Shown here: one piece after another, positions 40,701 to 49,292 of the stretch
Position numbering within the stretch: position 1 is the first letter of the stretch
How the letters are laid out: each line of letters starts with the position of its first letter
Source: Victivallales bacterium
GTDB taxonomy: Bacteria > Verrucomicrobiota > Lentisphaeria > Victivallales > UBA1829
NCBI GenBank assembly: GCA_045114235.1
Contig: JBGUKB010000078.1
Span: forward strand, 1,200 to 65,199
Direction: 5' to 3'
DNA length: 64,000 nucleotides
The notes under the pieces: generated by a model
The model's input: the letters and a program-made list of their open reading frames with translations, nothing else
Database searches by the model: none
Told to the model about the DNA's origin: nothing
Program-made: the position numbers and the translations under genes

Positions 40701-40836
40701 GACCATCGCTGTCAAGTCCCTGTTCGAAGATGCGTGAACCCCACGCTTCCAAATTGAAAGTGTCCCCGTATTCGGAGATCAGCGCCCAGCCGATGGAGGC
40801 GACGCCCAAATCCAGTCCCAGCGTGTAGTACGGCAT
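37756..40836 (-). CDS. cas9: Cas9 endonuclease, compact (1026 aa), type II-C-like
   Basis: RuvC-I YTLGLDLGVASIGWA, HNH DIHIEHIIPYSRSYDDSFRNKTL...NNRTP, RuvC-III HHAIDAVTIA. It lies beside the array and tracrRNA. Confidence 0.97.
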   Translation of the reverse strand: MPYYTLGLDLGVASIGWALISEYGDTFNLEAWGSRIFEQGLDSDGLEAISRGKGTSRAAERRLKKALRRQYSRRRDRKQDLKRILTENGMLPDPFTPDFFVALDRKLVQTLPEAEREHAAHIAPYLYRKLALDRPLTKEEFGRAIYHFAQRRGYRSNRKLDLKDKETGVVKDGIAKLKSEMDQTHARTIAEYFCTIDPNKERIRKRYTDRAMYEDEFRKICEAQRALVSPDLEKKLYEAIFFQHKLKSCKGLVGKCEIYPEYRRCSMAKEEAQLFRIYTTVSNLRVRKGDAERPLTEEERGKAVAFLNGYSDKFTVRGTITLKNLGKVIGLAKGESFTLGDEGKDVYGNERHAALVRVFGADRAAAMPAAEQDAFFHDLDSIEKDTVLEKRLREHWKLSPLQVETAMKVMLPDSYCAYSLHALREMLPSLETGEPLPTIKKLLYPKQVGAAHDFLPVFDSKDCSIEIRNPLVHRVITELRTVVNAIIARHGKPNAIRIELARDLKTSNKQKETITRQNNQREKERQKIAERILAEAGIEKPSRNDILKVMLAEECNFVCPYTGRKIRDIRELLYGKDIHIEHIIPYSRSYDDSFRNKTLCDASANSAKNNRTPFEAYSGEQYKQILARVAQFKGPYAAYKLDLFKRDKIDEQDFMERNLNDTRYASRIAMQYLGLLYGGMVDKDGKRRIFATSGGATALIRRAWGGNDLLGEGEKVRTDHRHHAIDAVTIALTTPGMVQKIASMSPEQRRKLHETNTPIIDSTLYSEAKQRLESAAVSHHVVNKLRGSLHEDTFYGKDFGGTERHVRVSLASIEPGDVAKIVDPRVRALVLEKLGRSKPEDVSKSDLKMFCDDANLPVFRDSEGNPVNVIKKVRVKQNLKTITIGSGDGVRNVKTGSNYVLPIFAVLNEKGEEVKWVGEIVTLLDAVQLVKHGQPVFEKERPGLKFKFSLKKGDIVKWNKDGKEYLCIVRGISLPEFYIVPLNEARKKDELKAAKLWFRLYVSSAFKGNLQKCRMNIFGELQRAND

Positions 40837-40943
40837 TTTGAACAGCCCTTTCCAAGATTCTTTGTCTAAAAAACGTCTGATATTTTTACAATTATAAATA
40901 ACACCTCAAGACGGAAAAATCAAGCGATTTTCCCGTCTTTCAT

Positions 40944-40972
40944 TTGACTTTTCCTTTTGACAATGCTATAAT
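40944..40972 (+). promoter_or_regulatory. tracrRNA promoter TTGACT-N17-TATAAT
   Basis: TTGACT 40944-40949, 17-nt spacer, TATAAT 40967-40972, divergent from cas9. Confidence 0.6.
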
Positions 40973-40978
40973 AATACC

Positions 40979-41057
40979 ACTCTACAAGTCCTGGTAAAGG
41001 ATTGTTGGTCACTTCCTGCGGGAATACCACGAGGCGGCTTCAATAGCCGCTTTTTTT
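40979..41057 (+). ncRNA. tracrRNA (~79 nt)
   Basis: The anti-repeat ACUCUACAAGUCCUGGU pairs with repeat nt 1-17 (17 bp including 4 G.U). It is followed by AAAGG (nexus-like), internal hairpins, and the terminator GCGGCTTCAATAGCCGC plus T7 (41034-41057). Confidence 0.75.
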
Positions 41058-41085
41058 GTGGCTTCGCGCAGGAGTGAGAAACGCT

Positions 41086-42939
41086 TTACAGCACGGGGTA
41101 GCTGCCGAGGAGTTTGAGCTCTTCGGTGAGGGGCTTCAACCCGGCGAGCGCGGCGGACACGCGCGGGGCGTTGGACGCGCCCTCGATGTCGACGAAGAAC
41201 CGGTAATGCCAGCAGCCGGAGCCGGAGGGACGGCTTTCGATCATGGTGAGCGTGACGCCCGCGTTCTTGAAGGGCTCGAGGCAGTCGTGCAGCGCGCCGA
41301 AACGCTCGCGCGCGGTAAAGCAGATGCAGCATTTCGCGTGCGGCATCATCGTGTTTTCCGCGCGGGAGAGAATCAGGAAGCGCGTGCGGTTGTCCGGGGT
41401 GTCCTGGATGGAGCGGTCAAGCACGTTCAGGTGATACTGCGCGGCGATGTTCTCCCCGCCGATCACGGCGGCGTTCGGGCTGAGGGCGGCGAACTCGGCG
41501 GCGCGCGCGTTGGAGCCCACGCCGACGGTCTCCACGTCCGGGAAATTGCGTTCGAGGTACTTCCGGCACTGGCCGAGCGACTGCACGTGGCTGTAGATCA
41601 CGCCGATCTTCTCCTTCGGCACGGACGCCATGAGGCAGTGGTGGATGTTCATGGACGTCTCGGCGTAGATCTTCAGCGTGGTCTCCGCGAGCACGTCCAG
41701 CGTGCCGATCACGACGCCCTCGGTGGTGTTCTCCACCGGCACGCAGCCGTATTCGCACTCGCCTGTTTCGACCGCCGCGAAGACGTTCTGGATGCCGGAG
41801 CACGGACGGTACTCGGCGGTTTCGGCGAAGACTTTGCGCGCGGCCTCGTGCGTGAAGGTCCCGGCGGGGCCGAGGTACGCCACGCGCGGCTTGGAGGTGG
41901 AGATGGAGTGCGGCGTGCCGTGGCGGAGGCGTTCCGCGGCGTTCAGGATCAGGCGTTCGGTCTCCTCGAACCCGATGCAGGCGTCCGTGACGGAGATGCG
42001 CGGGTCGGGCGTCACGCCGGGCATCAGGTTCTGCTTGCCGGGCAGCAGACAGCTTTCGAGCATCAGGCCCGCAATGCCGTCGTTTCCGGCGAGCTTCTGC
42101 GCCAGGACGTCCTCGAAGACGATGTGCTGGCGGGCGGGGTCGCGCCGCGAATTGCCGTGGCTGCAGTCGACCGTGAGCGTGCGCGGGATGCCGGCATTTT
42201 CGAGCTTGCGGAGCGCGGCGTCGATGCACGCGGCGTAGTAGTTTTCGCCGGAGATGCCCCCGCGCAGGACCAGGTGGCAGTACGGATTGCCCTCGCTGCG
42301 GATGATGCCGCTGCGGCCGTCGTGCATGATGCCGATGTAGCTGTGCGGCGCGCGGGCGGCGCAGATGGCGTCCACGGCGATCTGCAGGTTGCCGTCGGTG
42401 CTGTTCTTGAACCCGACGGGCATGTCGAGCGAGCTCGCGAGCTGGCGGTGCGTCTGGGACTCCGTGGTGCGCGCGCCGATCCCGGCCCACGAAACGAGCT
42501 CGGAAAGGTAGTTCGCGATCGCCGGGTCGAGCAGTTCCGTGGCGGTGCCGAGCCCGTACGCCGAGACGTCCAGCAGGAGCTTGCGGGCGAGCTCCAGACC
42601 GCGCGCGATGTCGCTGCCGCCGTCCAGGTCGGGGTCGTACACGAGGCCCTTCCAGCCGAGCGTGGTGCGCGGCTTCTCGAAATAGCACCGCATCACGAGC
42701 TTGATGTCGTCGGATACGCGTTCCGAGAGCTTCGCCAGCTTCTCCGCGTATTCCAGCGCGGCGGGCACGTTGTGGATCGAGCACGGCCCTGCGATGACGA
42801 CCAGACGCTTGTCCGTCCGGTCGAAAATCTTCCGCAGTTCCGCGCGGTTCCGGTTGATGTGCTCCACGATGTCCGCGTTCGGCGCGAGTTCGGACGCGAG
42901 CTGTTCGGGCGATTTGATCGGCTGTTCTGTCAGGTTCAT
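41086..42939 (-). CDS. Bifunctional fusion: class I-alpha DAHP synthase (AroG-like) N-terminal, with prephenate dehydratase plus ACT domain (PheA-like) C-terminal
   Basis: The N-terminal half aligns with E. coli AroG (GPCSIH, YFEKPRTTLGWKG, IGARTTESQTHR, VGFKNSTDG). The C-terminal half has PDT motifs (VAYLGPAGTFTHEAA, PVENTTEGVV, TRFLIL) and an ACT domain. ATG at 42939 with AAGGA upstream. The track start at 43095 spans the attenuator. Confidence 0.85.
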   Translation of the reverse strand: MNLTEQPIKSPEQLASELAPNADIVEHINRNRAELRKIFDRTDKRLVVIAGPCSIHNVPAALEYAEKLAKLSERVSDDIKLVMRCYFEKPRTTLGWKGLVYDPDLDGGSDIARGLELARKLLLDVSAYGLGTATELLDPAIANYLSELVSWAGIGARTTESQTHRQLASSLDMPVGFKNSTDGNLQIAVDAICAARAPHSYIGIMHDGRSGIIRSEGNPYCHLVLRGGISGENYYAACIDAALRKLENAGIPRTLTVDCSHGNSRRDPARQHIVFEDVLAQKLAGNDGIAGLMLESCLLPGKQNLMPGVTPDPRISVTDACIGFEETERLILNAAERLRHGTPHSISTSKPRVAYLGPAGTFTHEAARKVFAETAEYRPCSGIQNVFAAVETGECEYGCVPVENTTEGVVIGTLDVLAETTLKIYAETSMNIHHCLMASVPKEKIGVIYSHVQSLGQCRKYLERNFPDVETVGVGSNARAAEFAALSPNAAVIGGENIAAQYHLNVLDRSIQDTPDNRTRFLILSRAENTMMPHAKCCICFTARERFGALHDCLEPFKNAGVTLTMIESRPSGSGCWHYRFFVDIEGASNAPRVSAALAGLKPLTEELKLLGSYPVL

Positions 42940-42988
42940 GGGGGGTGTCCTTCGGGTTTGGTATTTTAATTGTTTGTGAAGTCGTCGG

Positions 42989-43027
42989 AAAAAAGAAAAC
43001 CGCATTCGGGATTCGGGGCCCGGATGC
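42989..43027 (-). terminator. Attenuator terminator 2
   Basis: GCAUCCGGG-CCCCGAAU-CCCGAAUGC followed by GGUUUUCUUUUUU, about 50 nt upstream of the aroG-pheA ATG. Confidence 0.55.
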
Positions 43028-43042
43028 GGCTGTGTGTGCTGG

Positions 43043-43084
43043 AAAAAGAAACCGGGCCGGCCGCTTCCTGCTGGGCCGAACCCG
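43043..43084 (-). terminator. Attenuator terminator 1 (regions 3:4)
   Basis: CGGGUUCGGCC ... GGCCGGCCCG (10 bp with one bulge) followed by GUUUCUUUUU. Confidence 0.55.
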
Positions 43085-43128
43085 TCTGTTGTCATGACTT
43101 TCGCGTGTACACGTGCAAACGGGCTTCG

Positions 43129-43194
43129 TCAGGCGGTAAATCGCCAGAAGAAGCCGTAAAATCGAATGCTGCTGTTCACATTGAAAGTTTTCAT
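43129..43194 (-). CDS. Aromatic-rich leader peptide MKTFNVNSSIRFYGFFWRFTA (21 aa)
   Basis: 7 of 21 codons are Phe, Tyr or Trp, clustered as F-Y-G-F-F-W-R-F just before the stop. It is followed by alternative hairpins and terminators upstream of an aromatic-biosynthesis gene. Confidence 0.5.
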   Translation of the reverse strand: MKTFNVNSSIRFYGFFWRFTA

Positions 43195-43203
43195 AGTGCA
43201 AAT

Positions 43204-43232
43204 ACTATACACCTGTTTTCCGCAAAAGTCAA
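43204..43232 (-). promoter_or_regulatory. Sigma70-type promoter TTGACT-N17-TATAGT for the aro leader
   Basis: Minus strand TTGACT (43232-43227), TATAGT (43209-43204). The leader-peptide ATG lies 9 nt after the -10. Confidence 0.45.
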
Positions 43233-43254
43233 CCTCTCTTCTCATCTTTTTCCG

Positions 43255-43321
43255 AAAAAAGGTGCGCCGGCGGTGTGCCGTTGCGAAGCGAGGCACTGCT
43301 TCAGTGGAGGACTTGTCCTCC
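43255..43321 (-). repeat. 3'-end multi-hairpin repeat element (family copy 2), overlapping the last codons and stop of carB and ending in a T-run
   Basis: Minus strand: GGAGGACAAGTCCTCC-ACTGAAGCAGTG-CCTCGCTTCGCAACGGCAC...CACCTTTTTT. The first 20 nt are identical to copy 1. Confidence 0.65.
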
Positions 43322-46300
43322 CTGGTGGATGTGGCGGTGGTATTCCTGGAGGCAGCTGACCTCGAAACGCCCGAATTCAATCTGGTCGCGGATACCGTCG
43401 ACGGCGGCTTCCGCGCCCGCGATGGTCGTGGTGATCGGGATGCCGGCGGCGATGGACTTCGACCGCATGCGTATCTCGTCGACCATGGCCTCCGCGCCGT
43501 TCTCCGAGGTGTTGATGACCCACTGGATCTCGCCCTCGCGGATGAGGTCGAGCAGATTCGGACGCCCCTTCGAAATGCGGAAGAGCGCGTTCACGCGGAT
43601 CCCCTCGTTGCAGAGCAGCGTGGAGGTGCCGAGCGTGGCGTACAGACGGAATCCGAGCTCGACGAGCTTGCGTGCGATGTCCACGATGCGCGGCTTGTCC
43701 TGGTCTTTCACGGACAGGAAGACGCTGCCCTGTTTCGGCAGGCGCGACCCGGCGGCGAGCTGGCTTTTCAGGTACGCGATGCCCCAGTCGGTATCGAGAC
43801 ACATCACTTCGCCCGTGGACTTCATTTCCGGGGTCAGCACGATGTCGACGCCGGGGAACTTCACGAACGGGAACACGGCCTCCTTCACGGCGGTGTACGG
43901 CAGGACGACTTCGCGGGTGAATCCGAGGTCGGCGAGCTTGCGCCCGGTCATGCAGAGCGCGGCGAGCCCGGCCAGATGCACGCCGATCGCCTTGCTGACG
44001 AACGGGATTGTGCGCGAGGCGCGCGGATTGACCTCGATCATGTAGATTTTGCCGTCCTTCACCGCGAGCTGCATGTTCATCAGGCCGTTCACATGGAGCG
44101 CGGCGGCGAACTCGCGGGCATAGACGCGGATTTGCTCCAGAATTTCCTTTGACAGGCTCATCGGCGGCGTCACGCTGGCGGAGTCGCCGGAATGGCATCC
44201 GGCGGGCTCGACATGCTCCAGGATCGCGCCGATCACGGTCGTTTCGCCGTCGGAAATGCAGTCCACGTCCAGCTCGATCGCGTTCTCCAGGAACCGGTCG
44301 ATCAGGATGGGCTTGCCCTCGGCGACGCGCGCGGCCTCCTCGGTGAACTTGCGGAGGTATTTTTCCTTGTAGACGATGACCATGCCGCGTCCGCCGAGCA
44401 CGAAACTCGGGCGCACGAGCACGGGATAGCCGATCTTTTCGGCGATGGCGAGCGCTTCGTCCACGGTATGCGCGATGCCGCTTTCCGGCTGGAGGATGCC
44501 GATCTTCGTGGCGAGCTGCTTGAAGTAGTCGCGGTCTTCAGCGAGGTCGATGTCATCCGGGCTGGTGCCGATCACGTTCGCCCCGGCGGCCTTCAGCGCC
44601 TGCGCCAGATTCAGCGGGGTCTGCCCGCCGAACTGCACGATCACGCCGGAGCACTGTTCGCGCTCGTAGATGTGCATGATGTCCTCAAGCGTGAGCGGCT
44701 CGAAATAGAGCTTGTCGCTGGTGTCGTAGTCGGTGGAGACGGTCTCCGGGTTGGAGTTCACCATCACGACCTCGTAGCCTGCCTTGCGCAGTGCGAACGC
44801 CGCGTGGCAGCAGCAGTAGTCGAACTCGATGCCCTGCCCGATGCGGTTCGGGCCGCCGCCCAGCACCATGATGGACTTCTTGTCGCCCCTCGGACGCACG
44901 GGTTCACCCGCATCCGCATAGGAGCTGTAGTAATACGGCGTGATCGCCTCGAATTCGCCGGCGCAGGTGTCGACCGCGCCGAAGCTCGGCAGCAGGCCGA
45001 TCCGTTTACGCTGCGCCGCGACCTCGGTTTCGGTAGAATGCAGCAGAAACGCGATCTGGCGGTCGCTGTAGCCGAACTCCTTCGCCTGACGGAAGAGCGC
45101 GGGATCGGTGGCGAGCTTCTTGAGCGATCCGGCGGATGCGATCTCGTCCTCGAACATGGCGAGCTCGTGCAGATGACGCAGGAAGAAGCGGTCGATCTTC
45201 GTAAGCTCGAAAATCTTTTCTATATCCCAGCCGCGCTTGAACGCCGCGCGGAGGTAGAAGATGCGGTCGGCGTTCGGCTTCGCGAGCTTCTCCTCCATCT
45301 CCTCGTCGGAGGCGGATTCGAACGCCGCGTCCCTGCCGTCCGCGCCGAACCCGGCACGGCCCGTTTCGAGCGAACGCAACGCCTTCTGGAGGCTCTGCTT
45401 GAAGTTGCGGCCAATCGCCATGACCTCGCCGACTGATTTCATCTGGGTGCCGAGCGTGGGGTCTGCAGCGGGGAATTTCTCGAACGTAAACCGCGGTATC
45501 TTGGTCACGATGTAGTCGAGCGCGGGCTCGAAACAGCTCGGGGTGGTGCCCGTGATGTCGTTGCGGAGCTCGTCCAGCGTGTAGCCGACCGCGAGCTTGG
45601 CGGCGATCTTCGCGATGGGAAATCCGGTGGCCTTCGAGGCGAGCGCGCTCGAACGCGACACGCGCGGGTTCATTTCGATGATGATGCGGCGGCCGGTGTC
45701 GGGGTTGACAGCCCACTGCACGTTCGATCCGCCGGTCTCCACGCCGATCGCGGCGAGCACGCGCAGGGAGTCGTCGCGCATCTCCTGGTATTCGCGGTCG
45801 GTGAGCGTCTGGATGGGGGCGACCGTGATGGAGTCGCCCGTGTGGACGCCCATCGGGTCGAGGTTTTCGATGGAGCAGACGATGACGCTGGAGCCTTTCT
45901 TGTCGCGCATGACCTCCATTTCGAATTCCTTCCAGCCGAGCAGGGATTCCTCGATCAGGACCTCGTGGTTCAGGCTGGCTTCGAGGCCGCGCCGCACGAT
46001 TTCGGTGAATTCCGCCTCGTCGTGCGCGATGCCGCCGCCCGTGCCGCCGAGCGTGAACCCGGGGCGGATGATGAGCGGCCAGGTGCCGATGGTGCGGGCA
46101 ATGGCGTCTGCCTCGCTTTCGGAATGTGCGGAACCGGACTGCGGCAGGTCGAGCCCGAGGTCCTGCATGGTCTTTTTGAAGAGCTGGCGGTCCTCGGCGC
46201 GGGCGATGGCGTCCGCGCTGGCGCCGATAAGCTCGACCTGGTAGCGCTTCAGGATGCCGTTCTTATGGAGCTCCATGGCGAGGTTCAGCGCGGTCTGGCC

Positions 46301-46573
46301 GCCGAGGGTCGGCAATATTGCGTCCGGGCGTTCGCGCCGGATGATCTCGTGGAGGATGTCGCACGTGAGGGGTTCGATGTAGGTGCGGTCGGCGAGCTCG
46401 GGATCGGTCATGACGGTCGCCGGGTTGGAGTTCACGAGCACGACCTCGAACCCGTCCTGCTTCAGCACCTTGCATGCCTGCACGCCGGAGTAGTCGAACT
46501 CGCAGCCCTGGCCGATGACGATGGGGCCGGACCCGATCAGCAGGATCTTCTGGATATCAGTGCGTTTCGGCAT
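43301..46573 (-). CDS. carB: Carbamoyl-phosphate synthase large subunit
   Basis: [30 protein letters not shown], duplicated ATP-grasp halves, 1090 aa. Confidence 0.97.
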   Translation of the reverse strand: MPKRTDIQKILLIGSGPIVIGQGCEFDYSGVQACKVLKQDGFEVVLVNSNPATVMTDPELADRTYIEPLTCDILHEIIRRERPDAILPTLGGQTALNLAMELHKNGILKRYQVELIGASADAIARAEDRQLFKKTMQDLGLDLPQSGSAHSESEADAIARTIGTWPLIIRPGFTLGGTGGGIAHDEAEFTEIVRRGLEASLNHEVLIEESLLGWKEFEMEVMRDKKGSSVIVCSIENLDPMGVHTGDSITVAPIQTLTDREYQEMRDDSLRVLAAIGVETGGSNVQWAVNPDTGRRIIIEMNPRVSRSSALASKATGFPIAKIAAKLAVGYTLDELRNDITGTTPSCFEPALDYIVTKIPRFTFEKFPAADPTLGTQMKSVGEVMAIGRNFKQSLQKALRSLETGRAGFGADGRDAAFESASDEEMEEKLAKPNADRIFYLRAAFKRGWDIEKIFELTKIDRFFLRHLHELAMFEDEIASAGSLKKLATDPALFRQAKEFGYSDRQIAFLLHSTETEVAAQRKRIGLLPSFGAVDTCAGEFEAITPYYYSSYADAGEPVRPRGDKKSIMVLGGGPNRIGQGIEFDYCCCHAAFALRKAGYEVVMVNSNPETVSTDYDTSDKLYFEPLTLEDIMHIYEREQCSGVIVQFGGQTPLNLAQALKAAGANVIGTSPDDIDLAEDRDYFKQLATKIGILQPESGIAHTVDEALAIAEKIGYPVLVRPSFVLGGRGMVIVYKEKYLRKFTEEAARVAEGKPILIDRFLENAIELDVDCISDGETTVIGAILEHVEPAGCHSGDSASVTPPMSLSKEILEQIRVYAREFAAALHVNGLMNMQLAVKDGKIYMIEVNPRASRTIPFVSKAIGVHLAGLAALCMTGRKLADLGFTREVVLPYTAVKEAVFPFVKFPGVDIVLTPEMKSTGEVMCLDTDWGIAYLKSQLAAGSRLPKQGSVFLSVKDQDKPRIVDIARKLVELGFRLYATLGTSTLLCNEGIRVNALFRISKGRPNLLDLIREGEIQWVINTSENGAEAMVDEIRMRSKSIAAGIPITTTIAGAEAAVDGIRDQIEFGRFEVSCLQEYHRHIHQGGQVLH

Positions 46574-48176
46574 TTTGACGACCTTTCAGCGCCGCTTCCA
46601 CGAGACCGTCGAAGAGCGGATGCGCGTGCATGGGGCGGGATTTGAATTCGGGGTGGAACTGGCAACCGATGAAGAACGGATGGTCCGGGATCTCGACGAT
46701 CTCCACGAGGCCGCGCTGCGGATTCACGCCGCTGACGCGGAGTCCGGCGGATTCGATGGCTTCGCGGTACTTCGGATTGAACTCGAAGCGGTGGCGGTGG
46801 CGTTCCTGAATGTGCGTTTCGCCGTAGAGGCGTTCCGCGAGCGAACCGGGGACGAGGTCGCAGTCGTACGCGCCGAGGCGCATGGTGCCGCCCTTGTCGT
46901 GGATCGTGCGCTGTTCGTCCATGAGGTCGATCACCGGGTTCGGCGTGCTCTCGTCGAACTCCGAGCTGTGGGCGTCGGCAAGCCCGAGGACGTCCCGCGC
47001 GAACTCGATCACGGCGCACTGCATGCCCAGGCAGATGCCGAGGAACGGCAGATTGTACGTGCGTGCGTATTCAATCGCCTTGATCTTGCCATCCACGCCG
47101 CGCGTGCCGAATCCGCCGGGCACGAGGATGCCGTCCACGCCGTTCAGAAGCACGGCCGGATCGGCGGACATGAACTCCTCGGATTCGATCTTGCGCACCT
47201 CGACCTTGCAGGAATGTTTGATCCCTGCATGGCTGAGGGATTCGTAGATGCTCTTGTACGCGTCCTGGTGGCGGATGTACTTGCCGACGACCGCGATGGT
47301 GCATTTGGTCTGCGGATGCAGCACGCCGTCGAGCCAGGCGCGGTATTCGTCCAGTTCGATCCTGCGCGGATCGAGGTGAAGCAGTTCCAGCACGCGCGTG
47401 TCGAATTCCTGTTCCTCCAGCTCCAGCGGCACCTCGTAGATGGAGTTCTGCACGTCCAGCTCCTCGATCACGCAGTTGCGCCGCACGTTGCAGAAGAGCG
47501 ACAGCTTGTTGAGGTGTTCCTCCTCCATCGGCACCTCGGACCGGCACACGAGGATGTCCGGCACGATGCCGATGCTGCGCAGCGCCGCCACGGAGTGCTG
47601 GCTGGGCTTCGTCTTGATCTCCTTCGCCGCGCGGATGAACGGCACGAGCGTGAGGTGGATGAAGATCGCGTCGCCCGCGGGGGCCTCCAGCTTGAACTGG
47701 CGGGTGGCCTCCTGGAACGGCAGGCTCTCGATGTCGCCCGTGGTGCCGCCGATCTCGGTGATGGCGATGTCCACGTCGTCGCTCTCCAGCGACCGGATCG
47801 CGGCCTTGATCTCGTCGGTGATATGGGGCACGACCTGCACGGTGCCGCCGAGGTAGCCGCCGGCGCGTTCGCGCGCGATCACGCTGCCGTAGATGCGGCC
47901 GGAGGTGTAGTTGCTGGCGTGGGAACACGTCACGCCGGCGATGCGTTCGTAGTGGCCGAGGTCGAGGTCGGTCTCCGCGCCGTCGTCGGTCACGAAGACC
48001 TCGCCGTGCTGGTACGGGCTCATGGTGCCGGGGTCGACGTTCAGGTACGGGTCGAGTTTCTGCATCGCCACGCGGTATCCGCGCTGTTTCAGGAGGAACG
48101 CGAGGGCGGCTCCGGTGATGCCTTTGCCGAGGCTGGAAACGACTCCGCCCGTGATGAAGATGTGTTTCGTTTTCAT
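46557..48176 (-). CDS. pyrG: CTP synthase
   Basis: [20 protein letters not shown]..., C-terminal GATase (GICLGMQ). It overlaps the carB start by 17 nt. Confidence 0.97.
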   Translation of the reverse strand: MKTKHIFITGGVVSSLGKGITGAALAFLLKQRGYRVAMQKLDPYLNVDPGTMSPYQHGEVFVTDDGAETDLDLGHYERIAGVTCSHASNYTSGRIYGSVIARERAGGYLGGTVQVVPHITDEIKAAIRSLESDDVDIAITEIGGTTGDIESLPFQEATRQFKLEAPAGDAIFIHLTLVPFIRAAKEIKTKPSQHSVAALRSIGIVPDILVCRSEVPMEEEHLNKLSLFCNVRRNCVIEELDVQNSIYEVPLELEEQEFDTRVLELLHLDPRRIELDEYRAWLDGVLHPQTKCTIAVVGKYIRHQDAYKSIYESLSHAGIKHSCKVEVRKIESEEFMSADPAVLLNGVDGILVPGGFGTRGVDGKIKAIEYARTYNLPFLGICLGMQCAVIEFARDVLGLADAHSSEFDESTPNPVIDLMDEQRTIHDKGGTMRLGAYDCDLVPGSLAERLYGETHIQERHRHRFEFNPKYREAIESAGLRVSGVNPQRGLVEIVEIPDHPFFIGCQFHPEFKSRPMHAHPLFDGLVEAALKGRQNAETH

Positions 48177-49291
48177 GCTTTGCTGTCCTCCATAAGTTTG
48201 CGGAATGCGTCGAAAAGCGCTGCGGCGTCGTGTGGCCCCGGAGCTGCTTCCGGGTGGTACTGCACGCTGAACGCCGGGAGCGTTTTGTGGCGGATCCCTT
48301 CGATTGTATTGTCATTCAGATTGATGTGCGTAAGTTCGAGTTCGGCGGGCAGGTCCGCCAGCGCGAAATTGTGGTTCTGGCTGGAGATCGCGACCTCGCC
48401 TGTCAGGATGTTTTTGACCGGGTGGTTGCAGCCGTGATGCCCGAATTTCAGGCGGCCGCACTTCGCGCCGCAGGCGAGTCCGAGCAGCTGGTGCCCGAGG
48501 CAGATCCCCATGATCGGAATGTTGTGACCGAGCAGCGCGCGGATGTTTTCGATGGCGTAGGTCACGGCGGACGGGTCGGCGGGGCCGTTGGAGAGGAATA
48601 TGCCGTCCGGTTTCGCCGCCAGGACTTCTTCGGGCGAGGTCGTGGCGGGGACGACCGTCACGCGCATGTCGCGCGCGACGAGCATCCGCAGGATGTTGTA
48701 TTTCACGCCGAAATCGTACACGACCACATGGAATTTCCCCTCTTCGCTCCAGTCGTACGGGACCGGCGTCGTCACGATGGAGGCGTAGTCCTGCCCCTCG
48801 AGGCCTTCCCACGCCTGCGCCCGTTTCACGGCTTCTTCCTCCGAAATATTTTCCTCGCTCACATGCAGATAGGCTTTCTGGCTGCCTTTCGTGCGCAGAT
48901 GCAGCGTCAGCGCCCGCGTGTCGACTCCGGCGAGGCCGGGCTTGCCGTAACGCTTCATGATCGCGGACAGCTCCTCGCGGGACCGCCAGTTCGAGGCGGG
49001 ATTGAGTTCCTGTATAATCAAACCGTTGAGGAAGAGGCTCCGCGACTCCATGTCCTCCTGCGTGCATCCGTAGTTGCCGACCTCGGCGGTCGTGAGCGTC
49101 ACGAACTGCCCCGCATAGGACGGATCGGAGATGATCTCCTGGTATCCGGTCATGCCGGTGTTGAACACGGCTTCGCCCGTGCGGTCGTGCAGATCGCCGA
49201 ACGCATAGCCGTGGAAGACCGTGCCGTCGGCGAGCGCGAGGAACGCCCTGCGTTCGCGCTGCTGTTTCCACAAATCTTGATAATCGCTCAT
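48173..49291 (-). CDS. carA: Carbamoyl-phosphate synthase small (glutaminase) subunit
   Basis: [20 protein letters not shown] and GICLGHQLL motifs. ATGA overlap with pyrG. Confidence 0.95.
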   Translation of the reverse strand: MSDYQDLWKQQRERRAFLALADGTVFHGYAFGDLHDRTGEAVFNTGMTGYQEIISDPSYAGQFVTLTTAEVGNYGCTQEDMESRSLFLNGLIIQELNPASNWRSREELSAIMKRYGKPGLAGVDTRALTLHLRTKGSQKAYLHVSEENISEEEAVKRAQAWEGLEGQDYASIVTTPVPYDWSEEGKFHVVVYDFGVKYNILRMLVARDMRVTVVPATTSPEEVLAAKPDGIFLSNGPADPSAVTYAIENIRALLGHNIPIMGICLGHQLLGLACGAKCGRLKFGHHGCNHPVKNILTGEVAISSQNHNFALADLPAELELTHINLNDNTIEGIRHKTLPAFSVQYHPEAAPGPHDAAALFDAFRKLMEDSKA

Positions 49292-49292
49292 G

